Source: Eledone cirrhosa
Taxonomy: Eukaryota
Direction of reading: 5' to 3'
DNA: 64,000 nt
Assembly (NCBI GenBank): GCA_964016885.1
Contig: OZ024743.1
Coordinates: forward strand, 42,346,001-42,410,000
A program made the translations under genes and the position numbers. Below, piece after piece: positions 1 to 11,706 of the stretch; within the stretch, counting starts at the first letter, position 1; each line of letters starts with the position of its first letter. Below the pieces are notes generated by a model. The model was not told where the DNA came from and ran no database searches. It saw only the letters and a list, made by a program, of their open reading frames with translations.

Positions 1-35
1 ACGGCTTGAGCTCAGCTGTCGGGGTCTTACTGGTT

Positions 36-1142
<1,107 letters not shown>

Positions 1143-1147
<5 letters not shown>

Positions 1148-1410
1148 CACAATAATAAAAACTATGTTCACATAATTTCATTGCTGACAATCGTTTCTTC
1201 CAAACTTTCATTTGGAATCATCGGAGCACTAGCAATGTTTGTACATATAATCAAGCTCCTATTCAACTGAACAATCATATAGATACATGGATATAGGAGG
1301 TTTATTATATTACAAACAGTGCTAGTGCTCCGATTATTGCAAACGAAAGATTGGAAGAAACGATTGCCTACAATAAAATGATTTCAACATAGCTTTGAAT
1401 ATTGTGTAAT
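1143..1410. mobile_element. Foldback (palindromic) PLE-terminus remnant, ~120-bp imperfect arms
   Basis: attacacaata...caatcgtttcttccaa...tcggagcactagca is mirrored by tgctagtgctccga...ttggaagaaacgattg...tattgtgtaat. Confidence 0.75.
1182..1228 (-). ncRNA. Minimal type I hammerhead ribozyme motif, CCGAUGA core variant
   Basis: Minus strand reads UGCU CCGAUGA UUCCAAA UGAAAG UUUGGAA GAAA CGAUUG UC AGCA: stem I UGCU/AGCA, 7-bp stem II, GUC site. A degenerate mirror copy lies at ~1325-1371 (+). Confidence 0.6.
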
Positions 1411-1580
1411 TTATATAACCTAATCTGTAAAACATCTAATCTATTTACATTGAGCCATTTTTCTTACTGGTAATAAGGTAGTAATGAATTACTGACCTTT
1501 GCGGTTTATAGTTGTATATAGTGTATACATAACCATAAATAATATTATATATATCTATATATATCTATTTATATATATAT

Positions 1581-1668
<88 letters not shown>

Positions 1669-1699
1669 AAGTTTCGGTTGAAGTGCCAGAGCTAAATTT

Positions 1700-1864
1700 A
1701 ATGTATAATGAACAATACAATATTACCAAAGGTTTCCCGAATACACATTACCAAAGGTTTCCCGAATAAGACTAATACGGAAAACGATCTAATGCGTTCG
1801 TCGGATGCCTTATCGGGAAACCTCTGGGATTGAGGTAATTATATTGTATTGTTTATTATACATT
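1700..1864. repeat. Small foldback element with internal 26-bp direct duplication
   Basis: aatgtataatgaacaatacaatat / atattgtattgtttattatacatt and aggtttcccga / tcgggaaacct are inverted pairs; attaccaaaggtttcccgaata is duplicated. Confidence 0.6.
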
Positions 1865-2397
1865 ATATATATATATAGAGAGAGAGAGATTATTATGTAT
1901 AGAAGATTATATTAATAAAAGGAATTCCAACTTTGTCTGATTTACTCGTTTTATTTACAATCCTTTAAAATTATTAGTATGGTAGAATATTAAATGTTAA
2001 ATGTTATTTGAACAAGTACATTCAGGCTTTCGCAATCTTCAGGTGCATATACAGTGGTGGCAGTCAAGTCTGCAATTATCAAATGACAGTTGAAATATAT
2101 ATGTATATATATATTTATATAAACGGAAATAATGAAACGAAATATCATTTCTCACTCTTAGTTCGGCTGTTACTTAAATATAAGTATGTATACGTACATA
2201 CATATATGTATACAGACGTACAGTAGTATGTATATATATATATACATACATGTACATATATATATATATATATATGTACGTATGGATTCACCGAACATTT
2301 ATTATAATACTCGGTGTGTTTGTAAACAAACATCCCGAATTAATCCATACAGTGTCTATCAACCGTTGTTGCTCATTTGTTCAACACTGACAAAGCA

Positions 2398-2439
2398 ACG
2401 CTGTAATAGTTTCAAGCTTATTAGCTATCGTCAGCAACC
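2398..2439 (-). ncRNA. Minimal type I hammerhead motif (stem III mutated)
   Basis: Minus strand GUUG CUGACGA UAGCUAAUAAGCUU GAAA CUAU UA CAGC; mirror of 5078-5118. Confidence 0.55.
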
Positions 2440-2574
2440 TATACGTTTCTGCCAGATGATTAAACATATGATTAAACATATAAGAACCAAACATCCATGA
2501 TTTCAGCAAACAGGAGGAGTAGTTGGCTTTCATAGCATCAATAAATGTCAAACAAGGCCTTGTACGAATATATA

Positions 2575-2657
<83 letters not shown>

Positions 2658-2743
2658 TATATATATAATATATATATACATATATATATGTATATATATG
2701 TATATATATATATTTATATATATATACATATATATATAAATAC

Positions 2744-2792
<49 letters not shown>

Positions 2793-2805
2793 CATATATA
2801 TATAG

Positions 2806-2850
<45 letters not shown>

Positions 2851-2935
2851 TATATAAATATATATATATACATATATATATAAATATATATATATACATA
2901 TATATATACATATATATATAAATATATATATATAC

Positions 2936-2986
<51 letters not shown>

Positions 2987-2987
2987 C

Positions 2988-3024
<37 letters not shown>

Positions 3025-3136
3025 AATATATATATATACATATATATATACATATATATATAAATATATATATATACATATATATATATACATATATATA
3101 TATACATATATATATATACATATATATATAAATATA
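2575..3136. repeat. Compound (TA)n microsatellite with TACA/TAAA interruptions
   Basis: Directly visible. Confidence 0.95.
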
Positions 3137-4936
3137 CGATTCACGGAGCACCTCCGGGATATTCGTCTCGGGGGCAGTTCCCCCATCGCCCGCCACATTG
3201 GTGGCCCTGGACATTCCGCACGCCATCTCACAGTCTGTGGCCTACTCCAGTGCCACGGAACACCCGCCAATCGCCTTACGGTCGAACAACGAACTATCTT
3301 CATCTTACAGACCCACACTCCACCCGGCCTGAACTCCCCACCCTTATTCCTTTAGCCTTCGACCGCCCCCCTCCCCCCAGACTTATCCCCCACTAACACC
3401 ACTAACACACCCCTCATTTTCACCGCCCACCCCACAACTAACAATACTAACACCTCCACTCCACCCCTCATCTGACCACCCTTCCCCAACTAACATACTA
3501 ACATCACTCCCCTCTTCTCCTCCTCCTCCCCCCTCCTTATCACACGCACACACCCACCGGCACATATATACACGCGCTCACACTAAACACACACCCTACT
3601 ACCACCACTAACCCTCACCCCACACCTCTCACCCACACACTTCCATCCCACCACCCCGCAACTAACCTCACTAACACCCCCTAACCCCAAGCACACGAAC
3701 ACACGCACCCACTTACAACACCCACCCCACACGCAACTAACATCACTAACACCCCCCAACCCCACGCACACGTACCCACACACCCTCGTACACCACCAAC
3801 TCTACACACCCTACCACCACTAACCCCCACTCACACATGCATTCAACCCCTCCCCACCTCCCGTATACTAACACCCACTAACACCTCTTCATCAAACTAC
3901 ACACACACCAGTACACCACACTCCCTCCATAGAACCACACACACCCTTCTCTCCCCGCTCCACCCATACCCTCGCTCCACACTCACTCATCCCACTAACA
4001 CCTCTACGAATACACACACACATACCCTCCTCACTCCAACTTTCACACCTACCCATCCTCGCCCCTTTACCATTCCACCGACTGCTGCTATGCCCTCTGA
4101 CCACCTCCCAGCACAAACAGACACACAGCACTCCCACTGCTTGACCACTTCCTGTTGAGTGCGCACCCCACATCTCTCCTCTTCCGACCATCGCTTCATG
4201 GAATACCCACACGCAGAAATTGACCTACAACGAATCCACTAAACATCTTCGGAATTTACCTACTTTTCAACCATCCTCTTACGTAATCACCTATATAACT
4301 CACCCACACACAACCCAAAAAATGTTTTCTCCATACGCCACCTACACCCACAACACGCTTAAACCCCACACACACGTGCTTTCCACCAAATATTTACACC
4401 CTCAGCCTCCTGATTCCTCTCCCCCACCACTCTATCCACACACGCTCAGACACTCAGACCCACAAATCACCCCCACACACACCTCTTCCTGAACATGCAA
4501 CCCCGTTCTTCCCTCAACCCTTACTTTCACATACCCACACACACATACCTACACACACGCACCACCTTCAGCCCTCCCCGCTCGGGCACCCTGTCTCCCT
4601 CTCCCATCTCCACCCGCCACCACCCCTACACACCCCACACCCTTTACCCACCTTTTAATTTCAGTTTATTTTGATCATGCCTTTATATTTAAATTTATCT
4701 CATTCCTTGTATTTTGATCATGCTTTATTTTTATTTTTATTTTTTATTTTCTCATTCGCACCGTTTCCTTTCGCTATATGTCTCTCCTCCACTCCCCTAC
4801 ACACCCTTTGAACTCTGTTCCCACACACTTCTTACCTTAGGAAGGGCTTATGCCCGAAACGTTGTCCCCCCACCAACACCCCACTCTCCAGAGCCTGAAA
4901 TTAATAAACATTCGTTGTACTGCCTCTCTGTTTTGT
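3137..4936 (+). mobile_element. 5'-truncated Penelope-like element: C-terminal half of GIY-YIG endonuclease, ~1.3-kb C/A-rich 3' region, terminal HHR-like motif
   Basis: 3137-3340 translates [39 protein letters not shown]...[17 protein letters not shown], the typical PLE EN end (RF.EH...PVA.H...E...I..L.T..P.GLN). AATAAA at ~4903; (TA)n on both sides. Confidence 0.8.
4835..4865 (+). ncRNA. Degenerate minimal hammerhead motif at PLE 3' end
   Basis: ccttaggaa gggc ttat gccc gaaacgttg; one substitution from CUGAGGA-A-GGGC..GCCC-GAAAC. Stem I is weak. Confidence 0.5.
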
Positions 4937-4954
4937 CCCTCTTCAAATTTTTCC

Positions 4955-5028
<74 letters not shown>

Positions 5029-5077
5029 TATGTATTCGTACATACATATCTGTTTAATCATCTGGCAGAAACGTATA

Positions 5078-5118
5078 CGTTGCTGACGATAGCTAATAAG
5101 CTTGAAACTAGTACAGCG
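5078..5118 (+). ncRNA. Minimal type I hammerhead ribozyme with palindromic stem III (ACUAGU)
   Basis: CGUUG CUGACGA U AGCU AAUA AGCU U GAAA CUAG UA CAGCG: intact CUGANGA and GAAA boxes, GUA site, 5-bp stem I. Confidence 0.7.
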
Positions 5119-5220
5119 TTGCTTTGTCAGTGTTGAACAAATGAGCAACGACGGTTGTTAGACACTGTATGGATTAATTCGGGATGTTTGTATATTTATA
5201 TATATGGATATATATATATA

Positions 5221-6067
5221 TACAAGTAAATAATCGAGAATCAGAATCTCGGCCCACGAAATAATTATAAACAATCTTCTACATGTGTGGCAGAGGGCTC
5301 AATAGTTTGGATGAACCAGAGCTATAACTATCGTTAAAATACCAACACATAGAGACGATGCCTAGATCATTCGCTCAGCCGGAAAAAACGACCAGGAAAA
5401 TTCGGGTCACTCAAATAATAAATTAATAAATTAAATGAATGTAAAAACTCACCCGGAGCCGCTAGAAGGATGTTAAATTCTAGCTTTTGGGGTTTCTGCA
5501 GTTCCTTAATCAATTACTGTCAGCCCACATAAAAAAATATATCTGACTGCTAGTAAAGAGATGAACGTGGAAAACTGCTTTCTCAACGGATGTTTCGTTC
5601 AAGAATACAGGGGGACCTGTTACTGGACGCACGTGTTGTCCAGCAAGGAAGCGAACCCCTATATATGGCAAAAGAATTCAGTAAGTGTAAATTTTTTAAG
5701 GATACAAAAAATCACATATCGAATAAGAGTTCTCAACAGACGTGTTAAAATAAACAAGAGCTATTCATCAGTCAATAAGATCAGATAAAAAATAGATAAA
5801 ATTAACTGGTCAATAGCTAAAGCCTGGAGATTAATACAAGTAAATAATCGAGAATCAGAATCTCGGCCCACGAAATAATGATAAACAATCTTCGACATGT
5901 GTGGCAGAGGGCTCAATAGTTTGGATGAACCAGAGCTATAACTATCGTTAAAATACCAACACATAGAGACGAAGCCTAGATCATTCTCAGCCGAAAAAAA
6001 CGACCAGGAAAATTCGGGTCACTCAAATAATAAATTAATAAATTAATAAATTAAAAATGTAAAAACT
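5221..6067. repeat. ~1.4-copy tandem duplication (~615-bp period); probable PLE pseudo-LTR remnant
   Basis: tacaagtaaataatcgagaatcagaatctcggcccacg...gtaaaaact occurs at 5221-5449 and 5835-6067. Confidence 0.8.
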
Positions 6068-6292
6068 TAATAAATTAAATATATATATATAAATATATAA
6101 CGAAGGAAGTGTGGTAAGGAACATAACGCATAAGGCACCAGTGTACTCAATAATTTTGGTAGTAGAGTGGGTAATACGAAAATGTTTAAGACTTCGACGG
6201 TAGAGCTCAAACTGTTTCGAGCCGTCGAAACGGCTTGAACTCTGCATATATACACATATATATATCTATCTATATATATATATATGAATAAA

Positions 6293-8447
6293 GGTATTAC
6301 TTCGCTTTAAAGACCATATACCTCCGGTGGGTGCGAGCAACGGCTAAAAAGAGTCGTTGGGACACGTAAATAAAGGGGACAGCGAGAGTGTAAACAAATA
6401 GATATGGTGAAGCAACGAAAAGTGATGAAGATCGAGTCAAGTCCCAAATTTCCATGAATATAAGTTCGGTGAAATCATGAACGAGAGAGAATAAAGACCA
6501 TCAAACCTGGTTGGAATGTGAGCAAGGAAGGAAATCCGTACAGGTCTAACGGGAGGAAGAAGGAATCTAGTCTGTGAATTCGGTGAACATAAGTTCAGTG
6601 AAATCGTAGACGAGAGAGAGAAAAAAGGCGAACCAGCCTGACCAAGCGTGCGAAAGAAAAGAATTACGCACAGGTCAAACGGGAAGAAGGAGGAGGAGGC
6701 GAGGTAGTAACAGAGAGTGAGTGAGTGAAGGGTGAGGAAGATACTAACAGAGAGAGTGACTGTTAGAGAGGGTAAAGATACAGAGAAAGAGGAAGCAGTA
6801 AGAACGAAATAGACGGGTCACAGCGGGAAAAAAATATGTGTAAATATGAGAATAAACGTGCTGCGAGATTGCAAATAGGTTACATATGAATAAAGTGGTC
6901 CTTCATCAGTGCTCTTCCAACCATCACAGGTATTTCTTCGCTTTAAAGATGATATACCTCCGGTTGGTGCGAGCAACGGCTAAGAAAAGTCGTTGGGACA
7001 CGTAAATAAAGGGGACAGCGAGAGTGTAAACAAACAAAGATGGTGAAGCAAGGAAAAGTGAGGAAGAACGAGTCAAGTCCCAAATTTCCATGAATATAAG
7101 TTCGGTAAAATCGTGAACGAGAGAGAATAAAGACCATCAAACATGGTTGGAATGTGAGCAAGGAAGGAATTCCGTACTGGTCTAACGGGAAGAAGAGGGA
7201 ATCTAGTCTGTGAATTCGGTGAACATAAGTTCTGTGAAATCGGAGACGAGAGAGAGAGAAAAAAGGCGAACCAGCCTGACCAAGCGTGCGAAAGAAAAGA
7301 ATTACGCACAGGTCAAACGGGAAGAAAGAAGAGGAAGAGGAAGAGAGGTAGTAACAGAGAGTGGGTGAGTGAAGGGTGTAGAAGAGGCTAACAGAGAGAG
7401 TGACTGTTAGAGAGGGTAAAGATACAGAGAAAGAGGAAGCAGTAAGAACGAAATAGACGGGTCACAGCGGGGGAAAAATATGTGTAAATATGAGAATAAA
7501 CGTGCTGCGTGGTTGCATATGGATTACATATGAATAAAGTGGTCCTTCCTCAGTGATCTTCCAACCATCACAGGTATTTCTTCGCTTTAAAGACCATATA
7601 CCTCCGGTTAGTGCGAGCAACGGCTAAAAAAAGTCGTTGGGACACGTAAATAAAGGGGACAGCGAGAGTGTAAATAAACAAAGATGGTGAAGCAAGGAAA
7701 AGTGAGGAAGAACGAGTCAAGTCCCAAATTTCCATGAATATAAGTCCGGTGAAATCGTGAACGAGAGAGAATAAAGACCATCAAACCTGCTTGGAATCGC
7801 AGCAAGGAAAGAATTCCGTACAGGTCTAACGGGAGGAAGAGGGAATCTAGTCTGTGAATTCGGTGAACATAAGTTCTGTGAAATCTTAGACGTGAGAGAG
7901 AGAAAAATGGCGAACCAGCCTGACCAAGCGTGCGAAAGAAAAGAATTACGCACAGGTCAAACGGGAAGAAGGAGGAGGAGGCGAGGTAGTAACAGAGAGT
8001 GAGTGAGTGAAGGGTGAGGAAGAAGCTAACAGAGAGAGTGACTGTTAGAGAGGGTAAAGATACAGAGAAAGAGGAAGAAGTAAGAACGAAATAGACGGGT
8101 CACAGCGGGGGAAAAATATGTGTAAATATGAGAATAAACGTGCTGCGTGTTGGCAAATGGTTTACATATGAATAAAGTGGTCCTTCATCAGTGATCTTCC
8201 AACCATCACAGGTATTTCTTCGCTTTAAAGACCATATACCTCCGGTTGGTGCGAGCAACGTCTAAAAAAAGTCGTTGGGACACGTAAATAAAGGGGACAG
8301 CGTGAGTGTAAACAAACAAAGATGGTGAAGCAAGGAAAAATGAGGATGAACGAGTCAAGTCCCAAATTTCTATGAATATAAGTTCGGTGAAATCGTGAAC
8401 GAGAGAGAATAAAGACCATCAAACCTGGTTGGAATGTGAACAAGGAA
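6293..8447. repeat. Tandem array, ~640-bp unit x ~3.4, purine-rich on + strand, with an internal ~130-bp sub-duplication
   Basis: ggtatt(t/a)cttcgctttaaaga recurs at ~6293, 6929, 7573 and 8211; near-identical ORFs at 6943/7608/8225; flanked by (TA)n. Confidence 0.95.
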
Positions 8448-8888
8448 TGATATATATATACATAGTGACGAAACATAAGTCAATTGTATGAACTCATAAT
8501 CCTTTATTTACTGCTATATATATTTCGATGATAGCCATTGAATGGCTATGAACTCATATGGCAGTTAGTCAGTACTTAGATATGCCAGCTCTATGTTTAT
8601 AGTGTTGATGGTATCAGAGACTTGGGACATGTATATACATATATATATATACACACATATATATATATATATATATATTTCGTTTCTGAATTTGTTTAGC
8701 AAGATTCTTTATCTGAAATCGTGTGTTGAAACCGATATTGTTATACTTTGGGAGGGTCATGTTGCCAATAAGAAACACACGCACCAGCTGCTTTAACTTC
8801 AATTTATTATAATAAATTTATAAATTTAGGAATTTATAAATTTCTGTTTGGTTGGTGGTTCCACAACCAGATAGTTGTTTATATATTG

Positions 8889-8929
8889 TCAAAGTTATTT
8901 CGTCACACATTATGTGACCTCTTCAGTGA
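8889..8929 (-). ncRNA. Minimal hammerhead-like motif
   Basis: Minus strand UCA CUGAAGA G GUCACA UAAUG UGUGAC GAAA UAAC UU UGA; both core boxes intact, stems I and III weak. Confidence 0.5.
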
Positions 8930-9039
8930 TTGGGGATTCTTTTCTTTGTTTTTGTGCTTCTCCTTTGTTCTGTCCTACGCCATTTTGTTTATGTGTGTGT
9001 GTTGTGAGCTCAGTCTGCGCATGCGCCATATATATATAT

Positions 9040-9103
<64 letters not shown>

Positions 9104-9119
9104 ATGAAAATTAGAGTTA

Positions 9120-11090
9120 AAACTCAATTGGAACCCTGTAACTATTAAGCTCCAAGTATAAAGTATAAATACTGAGCCGATTAATAATATATAGTAAGAA
9201 ACACAGTAAACCGTGTGTCAAAAATTACAAGGGTTGAAAAACGACATTTGTTTGAAATATTTAACCAAGAAGCAGACAGAATGATAAAATAAAAATAAAA
9301 ATATATTATTATAATACAAACCGCCTCGATAACCATTATATCTCTCGGACAGATTATCCCTAATCTGTTTCGCCCTGAGTGTGTTTGTAACAGATAATCC
9401 TGGGCTTCATCAGCGAGAGAATCTGATTAAATGCCACAAACACTATAAAGTAAAATGAATGAGTCATATGTTTAAAATATGGCTTCGGTTAATACTTCTA
9501 TAGTCCGAATTAGTGTGGTAGAGACGAGTACACAGTTGTTGTTTAGGTGTTTAACTTTGTCAAAACTCTGATATGCCCAGTTCCTGGTTGGGTTTTCTAT
9601 TTCACTGAGGAACTGGAATCATATAAATTTAAACAAACGAATTTCAGCGTCAAAGGGCCTCTTCTCCTCTCATTGGTCAGTTGTTAGAACATTCCTCAGT
9701 CAAAAGTCTATACAGATTCGTTTTGAGGCAAGCCAATCTGTAGTGATTTTTCTTGTTATTGTTAGGTACATCTGACCTCTATACTTATGTTGGTAGTGGT
9801 GTTGTTGTTGGAGTCAGCTCAAAGAAATGATAAAGTGGTAGAAGGAATAAGATGGTAAAGGAACAAAGTAAAATAAAATAATCGATTAAAATGAATGTGT
9901 GTGTTATACTCATCTCAATGTTATAAAGATGTGTAAGGTCACTCTTCCCATTGGTCAGTTTTAAGAGCATTCCTCAGTCAAAAGCCTATAGAAATTATTT
10001 CTGGGGTGAGGCTCCCTGTAGTGTTTGTGTTTGCTATTGTTAAGTACCTCTGACCTCTACCCTTATTTTGGTAGTGTTGTTGGTGTTGTGGTCAGCCTAT
10101 GGCTTGCTGCTGCTGACATTTAGAAATATCTGTGTGTATGTTTCTTCATCCCTCCAGCCACCATCTCCCCTGGTGGTGGTGTGTGTGTGCGTGTGTGTGT
10201 GTGGGGGGGGGTATGCCATGTATATGAAGAAATAGAAGGCAATAAAATGAAGAAAAGAGAAAATAAATAATAAATAGAGAATAAATGAAAAATTAATGAA
10301 AAAGTAATGACAAATGAAAATAAAAATGAAAAATGAAAATGAAAAGTGAAAAATAAAAATGAAGATTCAAATAAAATAAAATCTGTGTGTGCTATAACCA
10401 ATCTGAAGGTCAGAAATATGTTGGATAAATTGGTAGGAAGAACAAGATGGTAAATGAATAAAACGAAATAGGATAATTATATAAAATGTGTGTGTGTTAT
10501 AACCAATCTCAACTTAAATATAAATATACGGTGATAAAGTGAAGAAAACAGAAAACAAATAACAAAATAATAATGAAAAATCAAAAATGAAAATTCAAGT
10601 AAAATAAAATGTGTGTGTGTTATAAAGATGTTGGCCAAATTATAAAGGCTGTGTCAGAATCAATCTCTAGGCTATCATGGTGTCTGCTCAGCCTGGGTTG
10701 GTCCCTATGGCTTCAGGGGAGTTCCCAGTCTATGGTGTTGTTACTGCCCATATAGCTTGATGGAGGTCTGGCCGAGAGGTGTCTACATGTTCTGGAGAAG
10801 TCCCTATAGCTTGAGAGGTGTTCACAGCTTATTGTGTTGCTACGGTCGGAGAGAGCCGTACTTTTCCTTTTGGCCTCCTTATTGAAGGAATGGCGATGGT
10901 TATACCAACGGTCTTTAAAGCTCGTTGATGTGGCTCCTATGTAGATGTTTTCGGAGTTGGGGGTTTTAACCCTATAACCGTATACTGGTTCCTTCATGTT
11001 ATTGCCTTCTATTTCTTCATATACATGGCAGAACACCCCCTTTCTAGCAGCTCGTCCCTCAGATACCACTGGGTCAGTGCCCAACGTACG
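9120..11090 (-). mobile_element. Decayed Penelope-like element: GIY-YIG fragment, 3' region with internal duplication, terminal HHR
   Basis: ORF 10713-11084 has VYGYRVKTPNSENIYIGATSTSFKDRWYNHRHSFNKEAKRKSTALS (PLE GIY-YIG). 9665-9820 resembles 9943-10095. HHR at 9341-9420 is on the same strand. Confidence 0.8.
9341..9420 (-). ncRNA. Apparently intact type I hammerhead ribozyme
   Basis: UCUCUCG CUGAUGA A GCCC(26 nt)GGGC GAAA CAGAUUA GGGA UAAUCUG UC CGAGAGA: perfect 7-bp stem I, 8-bp stem III, GUC cleavage triplet. Confidence 0.88.
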
Positions 11091-11166
11091 CTGTCACCTC
11101 TCTGTGCCGCGTGTAGCTGGATGGCCGCTTTAGATTCTCTTAGAGTTGTCTGAAATTTATAGTTTT

Positions 11167-11249
11167 GCACGCGCTGATGACCCATGGGCTATTCCATTTC
11201 AGTCAACAACTTCGTGGCGAAACAGATCTCTTTAGATGTGTACGTGTGT
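11167..11249 (+). ncRNA. Type I hammerhead ribozyme, slightly degenerate
   Basis: CACGCG CUGAUGA C CCAUG...CGUGG C GAAA CAGAUCU CUUU AGAUGUG UA CGUGUG; C-C mismatch at the stem II base, one mismatch in stem III. Confidence 0.72.
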
Positions 11250-11429
11250 GTTATATAGTTATAGAGGTGCGTATATACATTTTAATTTATATATTTAATT
11301 ATTGTGTGTCTACCCTGCCTTCCATATGTTATAGATTCCATACACTGGTGGTTTTCCCTGTTTTATTGATGGCACACTATTTCTCTCTCTCTCACTAGTG
11401 TATTACCATTTCAACATAGTGTATGTATA

Positions 11430-11458
<29 letters not shown>

Positions 11459-11463
<5 letters not shown>

Positions 11464-11638
11464 AACGAGGAGGACCCCGACGGCTGAGCTCAAGCCGTCT
11501 CGACGGCTAATTCTGGACAGAATTAGCTGTCGAAACGGCTTGAGATCAGCCGTCGGGGTCCTACTCGTTCCTATTACCCACTCTACTGAGTACTTTGGTG
11601 CGTTATGGTCCACCTGGTTCCTTAATACATTTCCTTCG

Positions 11639-11640
<2 letters not shown>
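11459..11640. mobile_element. PLE 3'-terminus fragment folded back into a ~57-bp-arm hairpin, between (TA)n tracts
   Basis: 11459-11574 is a near-perfect palindrome; the gtcgaaacggcttgagctc...gtcgg terminus also occurs at 1-40, 6100-6245 and 60620-60680 (end of PLE at 59-60.7 kb). Confidence 0.8.

Positions 11641-11706
<66 letters not shown>

Larger units (their letters stand above)
2326..5191. repeat. Inverted-repeat pair (2326-2467 and 5051-5191) of an HHR-bearing PLE-terminus family, enclosing TA arrays and a nested PLE tail
   Basis: acaaacatcccgaattaatccatacagtgtct...gccagatgattaaac is the reverse complement of gtttaatcatctggc...agacactgtatggattaattcgggatgtttgt; the same family recurs at ~63077-63160. 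Confidence 0.8.

Noticed and set aside
5710-5775. Minus-strand CUGAUGAAUAG...UAUUCGAUA as a hammerhead
   Set aside because: GAAA box is mutated and stems I/III cannot be drawn; at most a relic.
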